From Kiritimatiellia bacterium (GTDB lineage Bacteria > Verrucomicrobiota > Kiritimatiellia > RFP12 > JBMNHG01): a stretch of DNA of 64,000 bases. The position numbers were made by a program, and so were the translations under genes. Location: assembly GCA_050950285.1 (NCBI GenBank), contig JBMNHG010000003.1, positions 492,337-556,336 of the forward strand. Direction: 5' to 3'. The notes below the pieces were generated by a model. It searched no databases and was not told where the DNA came from. It was given only the letters and a program-made list of their open reading frames with translations. Below are positions 42,642 to 51,337 of this stretch, piece by piece (within the stretch, counting starts at the first letter, position 1; each line of letters starts with the position of its first letter).

Positions 42642-42677
42642 AAGCCCGTCAGGCGAAAACCTGACGGGCTTTTTTTT
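42642..42677 (+). terminator. Rho-independent terminator of the rRNA operon
   Basis: AAGCCCGTCAGG-CGAAAA-CCTGACGGGCTT followed by a T-run. Confidence 0.92.
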
Positions 42678-42746
42678 GTCCCTTGATCCCCTCCAGACAC
42701 CGTTCCCGGGCACGAAAACCCGGAGTCTTCCCCGTGCCGGGGCCGG

Positions 42747-44132
42747 TTAGCGCAGTGCGTCGAGGATGATTTCCAGGCCGATGCCGCGCGATGCCTTGAG
42801 GAGAAGGGCGTCTCCCGGGGCGAGGCGGGATCGGAGAATGGGGCCGGCCTCGGCTGCGGTGGGGACGGAGAGAATGGCGCCCCGGAAGCCACGGATGCGG
42901 GCTTCGTCCGCGGTCCATGCGGAGAGCGGCCCGACGGCGACGAGTCCGGCCCAGGGGGCTTCCGCGATTTTGGCTCCGAGGGCCCGGTGCGCGGATTCGG
43001 CGGTGTCGCCGAGTTCCAGCATGTCGCCCAGGGCCAGCCAGCGGCGCCCGGAGGGCGCTGTTTCGGTTGCGAAGGCGTCGATCGCACACGCCATGCTGAT
43101 TGGATTGGCATTGTAGGCGTCGTTCACCACGTGGATGCCTTGGACGCACGATCGTTCCCATCGCATTCCGGGGAGGGCGAGGGACTTCAGGCCGAGCTGG
43201 ATGGCCTCCCAGGAGGCCCCGGCGCGGCGTGCCGCGGCGCAGGCCATGAGGCAGTTGAGGGCTTGATGGCGCCCGGGAAGGCCGTGGTGGAGCCGATGGC
43301 CGGCGGGCTCGCCGCCTCGTTCGATCACGCGCACGCTCCCTTCGATCCCGTCCATCTCCACGCCGTTGAAATCGGTTCCGGGGCATTCCAGGCCGACGAG
43401 GACGATGCGGCACGCGCATTGCGACGCGATACGGGCGGTGTAGGGGGCGCCTGCTTCCAGCACCGCGAAGCCTTCGGGCGGCACGCCGCGGGGGAGGGTG
43501 GCCTTTTCGTCCGCGATGGCGTCGAGGTTCGGATAGTTTTCGATGTGGACGGGGCCGACGGAGGAGACGATGGCGGCGTCGGGTGCGAGGATGCGGGCGA
43601 GGGGGGCGAGTTCGCCGGGGTGGCTGGTCCCGATTTCGAAGACGCCGAAGCGGGAGTCTTCCGGCATGGCGAGCAAGGAAAGGGGGAGGCCCACGGCGTT
43701 GTTGAAGTTGCCGAAGGTGCGGGCGGTAGGGGCGGCTCCGCCGAGCATGGAGGCGGCGAGTTCCTTCACCGTGGTTTTGCCGGCGCTTCCGGTCACGCCC
43801 ACCACGAAGGGATCGACGGCGCGCCGCCATCCTGCGGCGGCGTCGGAGAGCGCCAGGACGGGATCGTCCACCTCGAGGAGCGGGATGCGGGCGGAGGCCG
43901 CGCCCTCCCAGTCGCGCGCCACGAGGGCGGCGGCGGCTCCGTGCGCGGCGGCGTCCGCCACGAAGGCGTGGCCGTCCAGCCGTGCTCCGCGAATGGCGAC
44001 GTAGAGGCCGCCGACGGGGACGGCGGACGAGTTGTTCGAGACGCCGGAGAGGCTTTCGGGGAGGACGGTGCCGACGGGGACTCGCCAGGAGCCGCGAGTC
44101 CATCGCGCGAGGTCGGAGGGGTAGAGGGTCAT
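42747..44132 (-). CDS. murF: UDP-N-acetylmuramoyl-tripeptide--D-alanyl-D-alanine ligase
   Basis: DGHAF, GVTGSAGKTTVKE, NFNNAVGLP, VNDAYNANP, LGDMLELG, LLKASRG. Confidence 0.95.
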   Translation of the reverse strand: MTLYPSDLARWTRGSWRVPVGTVLPESLSGVSNNSSAVPVGGLYVAIRGARLDGHAFVADAAAHGAAAALVARDWEGAASARIPLLEVDDPVLALSDAAAGWRRAVDPFVVGVTGSAGKTTVKELAASMLGGAAPTARTFGNFNNAVGLPLSLLAMPEDSRFGVFEIGTSHPGELAPLARILAPDAAIVSSVGPVHIENYPNLDAIADEKATLPRGVPPEGFAVLEAGAPYTARIASQCACRIVLVGLECPGTDFNGVEMDGIEGSVRVIERGGEPAGHRLHHGLPGRHQALNCLMACAAARRAGASWEAIQLGLKSLALPGMRWERSCVQGIHVVNDAYNANPISMACAIDAFATETAPSGRRWLALGDMLELGDTAESAHRALGAKIAEAPWAGLVAVGPLSAWTADEARIRGFRGAILSVPTAAEAGPILRSRLAPGDALLLKASRGIGLEIILDALR

Positions 44133-44139
44133 TCCGGGG

Positions 44140-46086
44140 CTATTCGGGACGGGAGGTGGGATGCTTCGAGAATTCCGCGAGCGTCTCCAGGTAGGCGGCA
44201 GGGTTGCCGATGTCGTGTCGGCGGCCATCCACGAGCCGGCCGAGGAAGCCGTCTTCGCGGCGCAGGCGTTCGAGGCAGGAGGTGAGTTGGAATTCGCCTT
44301 TTTCGCGGATGTTGTTTGCGATGTTTTCCCCGAGCAGGTCGAAGATTTCGGGTTTGATCACGTAGATGCCGAAGATGGCGAGGAAGTGGTTTTCGGGCAC
44401 GCCGTCGACCCAGAGGCGTTCGGCGGCATATTCGGGGGTGGGTTTTTCGGCGAATTCCGTGATGTCGAGGGTGCGGCGGGTTTTGCCATCGGTCCAGCGT
44501 CCGGTGACGCATCCGAAGTAGCGGACTTCCGAAGCGGGGGTGGGCATGAGGCCGACAACGCTCCGGTTGGTGCGTTCGAAGACCTCCACGATCTGGCGGG
44601 CGCAGCATTTCGGCGCGTCCGAGGTGTAGAGGTGGTCGCCCAGGAGCAGGAGGAAGGGCTCGCGGCCGACCCACTCGCGGGCGCAGTACACGGCGTGGCC
44701 GAAGCCTTCCTGGGAGTCTTGCGCGATGAAGGTCAGGCGGCGTCCGACGGCCATCAGGTGTTCGCAGTATTGGCGGTCGGCAAGCGAGAGCTTGTTGTAG
44801 TTCTCGATGGGCGGCGGCATGCAGAAGATCTCCTCGAAGAGGGGGAGATCCTTCGATTGCACGAGCACGGCGATTTCGTCCATGCCGGCGGCGAGGGCTT
44901 CCTCGATGATGGCGAGAAGGGCGGGTTTCACGCGGCCGGCCGCATCGACCACGGGGAAGAGCTCCTTCTTCACGGCCTTGGTGGCGGGGAACATGCGGGT
45001 TCCGAAGCCGGCGGCGGGGATGACGGCCTTGCGGACGCGGCTCGAGGATCGGAGCACGAGGTCGAGGCAGGAGACGCCGAGATCCTTCTCGAGGATGCGC
45101 ATCACCTCGGCCTGTTCGCGGGGGCCTTTCACGATGATCTGGGCGGCGCCGTCTCCCTGCGAGCCCACGCCCTTGCCGCCGTAGACGAGCGGCTGGATGG
45201 GCGGGTAGGCGAGCACCTTGTGGAGGACGGGAGCGGCGAGTTGCGACGGGCAGGCGGGGCCGAGAGCGGCATCGAAGCGCTTTTGCGTCTCGGTCATCAG
45301 CGCGCCGAGCGCGGCGGCGTCGCCTTTTGCGATCAGTTGCGTGGCGCGGGTGACGATGTCGCGGTTGGTGGGGCCGAGGTACTCCTGGACGCGCTTCTGT
45401 TCGTCGGTTTTCGCGAAGGGATAGCCGCGGTTCAGGGCATTGAGGATTTCGCGGGTGTCCTTTTGGGCCATGAGGTCCACGATGACCATGTAGATGTCGC
45501 CGCCGATGGCGAGTTCTTCGATGGAGATGCGGTCGCCGTCGAAGAGCATGTGGATGGGGCGTTGTCCGTAGGCGCATCCTTGGTCGAGGCGGCCGCATCG
45601 CGACGGGGTGGTGATTTCGCCGAGGTAGGCGAATTCCATTTCGCCCCGGACGGTCATTTTCAGGTCGTAGAGGCGGTTGAAGGCGCGGGCGACGAGCACG
45701 CATACGGCGGCGCTGGAGCTGAGGCCTTTGCGGACGGGGAGGTCGGTGAAGTCGTTGTCGATCACAAGGCCGCGCACGCGGTAGTGGGTGAGGATCTGGT
45801 AGGCTACGCCGGCGGCGTAGCTGTAGAAACCGCCCTGCCGTGCGGCGTCGAGGAGGACGTCGGGCTCCATGGGCGCTTCGAAGGGGGGCATGCGGGTGCC
45901 GTCCTCGAGGGTCGCGTTCACGACGAGCCTGTTCGGGTGGGGGCGGACGTCGGCATGGATGCCTTGGTTCGTTCCGGTGATGATGGCCATGCCGGGGACG
46001 ATGTCGGCATTGACGCGGCGGTAGCCGCCGGCCCAGTCGCTGTGTTCGCCGAAGAGGCAGATTCTGCCGGGGACGCTGATTCTCAT
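44140..46086 (-). CDS. Bifunctional GHMP sugar kinase / GalU-like nucleotidyltransferase
   Basis: N-terminal PGRICLFGEHSD, PVRKGLSSSAA, CGRLDQ, GGKGVGSQGDG (GHMP). C-terminal KAVIPAAGFGTRMFPATKAVKKELFP, QEGFGHAV, LLLGD, FAEKP, EFQLT. Confidence 0.9.
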   Translation of the reverse strand: MRISVPGRICLFGEHSDWAGGYRRVNADIVPGMAIITGTNQGIHADVRPHPNRLVVNATLEDGTRMPPFEAPMEPDVLLDAARQGGFYSYAAGVAYQILTHYRVRGLVIDNDFTDLPVRKGLSSSAAVCVLVARAFNRLYDLKMTVRGEMEFAYLGEITTPSRCGRLDQGCAYGQRPIHMLFDGDRISIEELAIGGDIYMVIVDLMAQKDTREILNALNRGYPFAKTDEQKRVQEYLGPTNRDIVTRATQLIAKGDAAALGALMTETQKRFDAALGPACPSQLAAPVLHKVLAYPPIQPLVYGGKGVGSQGDGAAQIIVKGPREQAEVMRILEKDLGVSCLDLVLRSSSRVRKAVIPAAGFGTRMFPATKAVKKELFPVVDAAGRVKPALLAIIEEALAAGMDEIAVLVQSKDLPLFEEIFCMPPPIENYNKLSLADRQYCEHLMAVGRRLTFIAQDSQEGFGHAVYCAREWVGREPFLLLLGDHLYTSDAPKCCARQIVEVFERTNRSVVGLMPTPASEVRYFGCVTGRWTDGKTRRTLDITEFAEKPTPEYAAERLWVDGVPENHFLAIFGIYVIKPEIFDLLGENIANNIREKGEFQLTSCLERLRREDGFLGRLVDGRRHDIGNPAAYLETLAEFSKHPTSRPE

Positions 46087-46094
46087 GATGGGGG

Positions 46095-47072
46095 TCAGTT
46101 CTCGAGGATGCGGCCTTCGCGCCATGCGAGATACCAGCGCGCGAAGCGGGGGAAGCCGATGGAGATGGGGGTGGTGGGCTCGAAGCCGAGTTTGTCGTGG
46201 ATGCGGGTGATGTCCGCGTAGGTGGCGGGAACGTCGCCGGGCTGCATGGGGTGCATCTCCAGCTTGGGCTGCACGCCAAGGGCGCCGGCGAGGGTGGCAA
46301 TCATGTCCAGGAGGTTTTCGGGGCGATGGTTCCCGATGTTCAGGATTTCGTAGCGGTCGAGGTTCGTCGCTTCGAGGCAGGAGACCACGCCGGCGCGGAT
46401 GTCGTCGATGTACGTGAAGTCGCGCTGCATGTCGCCATGGTTGAAGACCCGGATGGGGCGGCCTTCGAGCATGGCCTTCGAGAAGCTCCACACGGCCATG
46501 TCGGGACGCCCCCATGGGCCGTACACGGTGAAGAAGCGCAGGCCGATGGTTTGGAAGCCGAAGAGGTGCGTGTAGGTGTGGGCCATGAGTTCGTTCGCCT
46601 TCTTGGTGGCGGCATAGAGGCTCACGGGATGATCCACGGGGTCGTCTTCGTGGAAGGGCAGTTTGGTGTTTCCGCCGTAGACGCTCGAACTGGAGGCGTA
46701 GACCAGTTTGGGCACCTGGTGATGGCGGCACGCTTCGAGCACGTTCAGGAATCCCAGCAGGTTCGCGGTTTCGTAGGCGTGGGGGTTTTCGAGCGAGTAG
46801 CGCACGCCGGGCTGGGCGGCGAGGTGGCAGACGGCGTCGAAGCGGCCTTCCGCGAAGACGCGGTTCAGCCGTTCGAGGTCGCAGAGGTCGCCCTCCACGC
46901 CGGTGAAGCCCGGACGCCCCCGGAGTTGGTCCGCCCGTGCGCGCTTGAGCTCGGCGGGGTAGAGGTTCGCATTGAAGTTGTCGAGGCCGACCACCGAATG
47001 GCCGCGTTCGAGCAAGGCACGCGCGACGTGCATGCCGATGAAGCCTGCGGCGCCTGTGACGAGGATGTTCAT
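46095..47072 (-). CDS. UDP-glucuronate 4-epimerase-like NAD-dependent epimerase
   Basis: ILVTGAAGFIG, HLAAQPGVRYSLENP, ASSSSVYG, SLYAATKK, LRFFTVYGPWGRPDMA, RDFTYIDDI. Confidence 0.93.
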   Translation of the reverse strand: MNILVTGAAGFIGMHVARALLERGHSVVGLDNFNANLYPAELKRARADQLRGRPGFTGVEGDLCDLERLNRVFAEGRFDAVCHLAAQPGVRYSLENPHAYETANLLGFLNVLEACRHHQVPKLVYASSSSVYGGNTKLPFHEDDPVDHPVSLYAATKKANELMAHTYTHLFGFQTIGLRFFTVYGPWGRPDMAVWSFSKAMLEGRPIRVFNHGDMQRDFTYIDDIRAGVVSCLEATNLDRYEILNIGNHRPENLLDMIATLAGALGVQPKLEMHPMQPGDVPATYADITRIHDKLGFEPTTPISIGFPRFARWYLAWREGRILEN

Positions 47073-49258
47073 GGCGTTGTTTCTGGAGGGGTCGCTTGAA
47101 TCGAGATGGCGACAGCCCGGACGGGTGAAAGTTCGACCTCGATCTCGAACGACGTTTCGCCGGCGGGGATGGGGTGTGTTTCGGGAAGGATTTCGAATCC
47201 TTCGCCGTTCGCGCGGGAAAGCGAGAGGGTCCGCGGATGGCCGGCGGCGGGGAAGGAGAGCTTGACCTTCGTTTCGACTGCCGGGTAGCGCACGCCCTCC
47301 GCGAAGTCCGCGTAGCCTTCGCCTTCGTAGGCCCAGTCGTAGTAGAGCACGGCGCAGAGGGCGTCGCCGTTCGCCGCGGCGTCCGCATGAAGGTGGCGTT
47401 CGAGGCCAGGGGAAATTCCATCCCCGATCCCCACGTCTACGTCCACTCGCCGGCCGCGGAAGTCGCGGAAGATCCAGAACGCATCGTAGGCGTCGTGCAT
47501 CGGCGCGCCGTGCTCGCCGGCGCCGCGCTCCTGCCCCCATCCGGCCCAGAGGACGCCGAAGAGGTAGACGGGTTCGGCGTACTGCCCCAGCCGGTAGTGG
47601 AGCACGCCCAGGAGGTTTTCGCGTTGCACGGCTTCGAAGTTGCGCTTCATGAGGTAGTCGAACTTCTGCGGCCCCTGGATCCAGAAGTCGCATTCGGTGA
47701 CGATGAACCGGAGGTGGTCGTGGCCGAGCGAGGCGGCGTAGGCTGCGGCATCGTCCTGTGCCGCGAAGAGCATTTCGCCGGTCCATCCGTAGGGGTGGCG
47801 CGAGATCCAGTCGAGGAATCCGCCGCATTCGCGGATGAAGGGCTTGAGGTAGGGGATTTCGTAGCCGCCAAAGGTTCCGATCCCCACGCCGGGGAAGTTC
47901 GCGTGGACGTGGTCGGCGATGGGCCGGAGCAGGCGGGCGAAGCCAGGGATGGAGGCCATGCGGATGTCCGGTTCGTTGCAGATTTCCACGTAGGGGACGC
48001 GCAGCGCGTATTCCGGCGTGCCGCCGCGTCCGTTGGCGTGCGCAAGGAAGGCGTCCACCTCGGCGAGGACCATCGCGATGGAGGCGGGGCTCGGGTTGCT
48101 CCAGCACGAACCGTCCTCCCACATCCATTTGGGGCCGCCGTAGCCATAGCCGTCGAAGAGCGCGAGCGGGACGAGCCCGAGACGCTCCATCTCGGCGAGC
48201 TGCGAATCGACGCGCGTGAAGTCGAAGGCGTCCGCGCCGGTGGCGCAGTGGGCGGAGAAGCGGGCGAGTTGCCCCTTGGGGTTCAGGGCCTGGAAGTTTT
48301 CGAGCGCACGGCCTTCCAGCGGCACGAAGCCGGGACAGTCGTGCGCGCCGTGCAGGGCGAAGTGGGAGGCGGGCACGGCGGGCCCGGTACGGGAGAAGTC
48401 GATGGTTGCGTCTGCGGTGGCGGGGACGTCCTTCAGCGTGGCCTTCGTGGCGGAGGATCGCCCGCCGAGCCATGCGAAGAGCTGCGCATAGAAGGCACCG
48501 AAGTCCTGCCACGTCCCGAAGGCTTCGCCTGGGCCGTCGTTCGCGAAGAGGGAGCCCGTGAGGACGGCGCGCCCCTTGCCGAGTTCCCATGCGGCGAGGA
48601 CCGGTGCGCCGGAGGGGGCCACGAGCAGCGCTTCCGCGCCGTCTTTTACCGTGAACGCGAAATTGCGCGTGCAGGTCGGATCGGGCAGTGCGTCCCATGC
48701 GAGCCCCCGCAGGAGCGGATGGTCCGCCTTCCCCTCGGCGATGCGCGGCGTGAAGGGCTCCTTGTCGCTTGCGGTTTCGACGGACTTCCAGTCCTCCGAT
48801 CGGTTGTCCGCAGGGAACTCGCCGGGAAGGACGGAGTCGAAGGGCGTGCCCTTGGACATGGCGCAATGCCACTTCCAGCTCGCGCAATACGCCAGGCCGC
48901 CACCGTTTTCGACGAAGGGGCGGACCGCCTCCTGGAACCGCGGGTTCAGCGACCAGCCGGTGATATCGCCCAACAGCAACACGTCGAACTGCGAAAGCCA
49001 GTTCGCATCGAGATACTCCTGGCCGGCATAGTTCGTGATGTCGGTGAACGCGAATCGCCCGGGGGCCGCCTTCTCCACCTCGGCGGCGATGAAGCGGCCG
49101 CGCTTGAGTTCGGCCACGCCGTCTTTGGCCATCCAGCGGTCTTGATACCACGCCTGCGCCATCCAGTCGCCGGTGACCATCAGGACCTTCACGGGGGAGG
49201 GGGCCGCCTGTGCCGCGAGCGGGACGAGCGAGAGCAGTGCGAGGAAGGTGCGTTTCAT
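47069..49258 (-). CDS. Secreted protein with class-I GATase-like N-domain and GH39-like (clan GH-A) C-domain
   Basis: Signal peptide MKRTFLALLSLVPLAAQA; FVENGGGL, WELGKGRAV; YVEICNEPD, DWISRHPY, FIVTECD. Confidence 0.7.
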   Translation of the reverse strand: MKRTFLALLSLVPLAAQAAPSPVKVLMVTGDWMAQAWYQDRWMAKDGVAELKRGRFIAAEVEKAAPGRFAFTDITNYAGQEYLDANWLSQFDVLLLGDITGWSLNPRFQEAVRPFVENGGGLAYCASWKWHCAMSKGTPFDSVLPGEFPADNRSEDWKSVETASDKEPFTPRIAEGKADHPLLRGLAWDALPDPTCTRNFAFTVKDGAEALLVAPSGAPVLAAWELGKGRAVLTGSLFANDGPGEAFGTWQDFGAFYAQLFAWLGGRSSATKATLKDVPATADATIDFSRTGPAVPASHFALHGAHDCPGFVPLEGRALENFQALNPKGQLARFSAHCATGADAFDFTRVDSQLAEMERLGLVPLALFDGYGYGGPKWMWEDGSCWSNPSPASIAMVLAEVDAFLAHANGRGGTPEYALRVPYVEICNEPDIRMASIPGFARLLRPIADHVHANFPGVGIGTFGGYEIPYLKPFIRECGGFLDWISRHPYGWTGEMLFAAQDDAAAYAASLGHDHLRFIVTECDFWIQGPQKFDYLMKRNFEAVQRENLLGVLHYRLGQYAEPVYLFGVLWAGWGQERGAGEHGAPMHDAYDAFWIFRDFRGRRVDVDVGIGDGISPGLERHLHADAAANGDALCAVLYYDWAYEGEGYADFAEGVRYPAVETKVKLSFPAAGHPRTLSLSRANGEGFEILPETHPIPAGETSFEIEVELSPVRAVAISIQATPPETTP

Positions 49259-49339
49259 GGCGGAGATCGATCGAAAAGCAGATGGAACAAGGGTAGAAGA
49301 GACCTCGTGGAAAGGCAAGTGTTTCGCCGGATTCGCACC

Positions 49340-50977
49340 CTACTGCCGACGCCGCAGATGCGAGGCGGGAATCTTGAGCACGTCGCGGTACTTCGCCACC
49401 GTCCTGCGCGCGATGGGGATGCCCTGGTCGCCGAGGATGTCCATGATGTCCTGGTCCGACAGCGGACGGGCCGGATCTTCGTTGCGGATGATGGTCGCGA
49501 TGCGATCCTGTACGGTCTTGTTCGAGATGTCGGCGCCTCCGATGGTGTGCAGTCCGGTCGAGAAGAAATCCTTGAGCAGGACAACGGCGCCGGAGGGCGT
49601 CCGCAAGTACTTGTTCGAAACGGTGCGGCTCACGGTTGTCTCGTGCACCTCCACGATCGAGGCGATGTCCGCCATTGTCATGGGCTTTAGATAGGCCACG
49701 CCTTTCTCGAAGAATTCCTGCTGCGAGTCGACGATGGCTTGCGCAATCCGGGCGATGGTGTTCTGGCGCTGCTCCAGGCTGCGGGGCAGGCTTCGGGCGG
49801 TGTCCAGGCGCTTCCGAAGTTCGTTCCGGACGTCGTCGGAGGTTTTTGCGGAGAGGAATGCGCGTTCGTTCCGCGTGTTCAGGCGGACGCGGGGGAGGAA
49901 GGTGTCGTCAACCTCCACGACGTATCGCTCGGTTTCCTCGTCGTAGCGCACCAGGATTTCGGGCACGACCACGGGATTGAAGGCGGGCTGGAAGGTGCGC
50001 CCCGGGGACGGATCGAGCGACCGCATCAAGGCGACCGCCTCCTCGATCTCCTCCGGCGTGCGGCGAAGGGCACGGGCGAGGGCCGTGAACTTCCGCTTTT
50101 CGAGAAGCGCGGCATGCCGTCCGAGAATCTCGCGGGCGAGGAGCGCGGCGGGAGTGGCGGGAAGGCGGTCGAGTTGAAGGAGGAGGCACTCTTGAAGGTC
50201 GCGCGCCCCCACGCCGGCCGGCTCCAGCTCCTGCAATGCGGCGATGGCGTTGGCGATGGTGTCCGGCGGCGCACCGGTCATCTCCTCGAGGGACTCCATG
50301 GTTTCGACGAGGTAGCCGTCGCCGTTGAGGGCGCCCACGAGCGTTGTGGCGACGATTTTCTCCGCTGGCGGCAGTTCCACGAAATAGAGTTGCGCGAGGA
50401 GGTGCTCCTGGAGGGTTTCCTTGCGGGTGAGGGAATCGAAGAGGAAGCGGCGGCGTTCTTCGGCCTCTTCGCTGGGCACTTCGCCGGCAAGCTGCTCGCC
50501 GTAGGTTTCGTCCCATTCGAGCGACAGCCTTTCCAGGCCCGGAAGATCCGCCTGGGACTCAGCGCCGGCCTGTTCCGGTTCCCCGGCGGCGGGAGGGAGG
50601 TCGTTCGGAGCGTCCCCCTCGGAGGGGCTGCTCCCAGGTGAAGCGGCGGGGGAGCCGTCCCATGCCGCCGGGGCATTGTCGCCCCCCATTTCACGGAGGA
50701 CTGCGTCGGCGATGGCGTCGGGATCCTCCGCAGTTTCGGCGTCGTCGGGGTGCGGGACGTCCCCGTCCTCCGCGGGAGCCGCGTCCGCCGGCGCGTCCGC
50801 CGAGGTCTCCAGAGGCGCGGAGTCGTCCTCGAGGAAGGGGTTCGTCTCGAGTTCCCGGCGGAGGATCGCCCGCAATTCGAGGACCGGCGCCTGCAACACC
50901 TCCAACGATTGCAGCTGTTGGGGGGCGAGCTGCAATCGCTGCTGGGGTTGCTGGGTCAAGGAAAGGGACTGGGCCAT
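49340..50977 (-). CDS. rpoN: RNA polymerase sigma-54 factor
   Basis: Gln/Leu-rich region I, ETNPFLE, PAGVGARDLQECLLLQL, HETTVSR, RpoN box ARRTVAKYRD. Confidence 0.97.
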   Translation of the reverse strand: MAQSLSLTQQPQQRLQLAPQQLQSLEVLQAPVLELRAILRRELETNPFLEDDSAPLETSADAPADAAPAEDGDVPHPDDAETAEDPDAIADAVLREMGGDNAPAAWDGSPAASPGSSPSEGDAPNDLPPAAGEPEQAGAESQADLPGLERLSLEWDETYGEQLAGEVPSEEAEERRRFLFDSLTRKETLQEHLLAQLYFVELPPAEKIVATTLVGALNGDGYLVETMESLEEMTGAPPDTIANAIAALQELEPAGVGARDLQECLLLQLDRLPATPAALLAREILGRHAALLEKRKFTALARALRRTPEEIEEAVALMRSLDPSPGRTFQPAFNPVVVPEILVRYDEETERYVVEVDDTFLPRVRLNTRNERAFLSAKTSDDVRNELRKRLDTARSLPRSLEQRQNTIARIAQAIVDSQQEFFEKGVAYLKPMTMADIASIVEVHETTVSRTVSNKYLRTPSGAVVLLKDFFSTGLHTIGGADISNKTVQDRIATIIRNEDPARPLSDQDIMDILGDQGIPIARRTVAKYRDVLKIPASHLRRRQ

Positions 50978-51124
50978 ACGGAAGAGGGGGCGGGTACGAC
51001 TGCATGCAGGCATTCCTGTTTGGGCACGGAAAATGCTTGCAGTTTGATAAGAATAGCCTCGGGGCCGGGGAATGGCAAGCACCGAAACGAGCCGTTGCCG
51101 TCCCCCATTTTTTTTCAGGGGTGG

Positions 51125-51154
51125 TTGACATTGGCCCCGAAGGTCTGCTACGAT
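51125..51154 (+). promoter_or_regulatory. Sigma70-type promoter for the trp leader and trpB2
   Basis: TTGACA (51125-51130), 18 bp, TGc-TACGAT (51149-51154). Confidence 0.75.
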
Positions 51155-51163
51155 TCCGTTCCA

Positions 51164-51220
51164 ATGATGTGCAACAACAACGGCTATTGGTGGTGGCGCC
51201 GCGCTGAAGAAGCGAGGTGA
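51164..51220 (+). CDS. trpL: Trp attenuator leader peptide MMCNNNGYWWWRRAEEAR
   Basis: Three tandem TGG codons at 51188-51196, between the promoter and a terminator upstream of trpB2. Confidence 0.85.
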   Translation: MMCNNNGYWWWRRAEEAR

Positions 51221-51263
51221 CGCTCCCTTACTGTGGTTGTTCCATGTCCATCCACCAACCCGG

Positions 51264-51299
51264 AAACGCCCCGCTTCGATGCCGAAGCGAGGCGTTTTT
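51264..51299 (+). terminator. Attenuator terminator hairpin
   Basis: AAACGCCcCGCTTCG-ATGC-CGAAGCGaGGCGTTTTT. Leader segment GAAGCGAGGTG (51209-51219) can pair alternatively with the 5' arm. Confidence 0.85.
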
Positions 51300-51337
51300 G
51301 GTGTCGAAGCGGGCATTGAAGAGAAAGAGACCCATCC

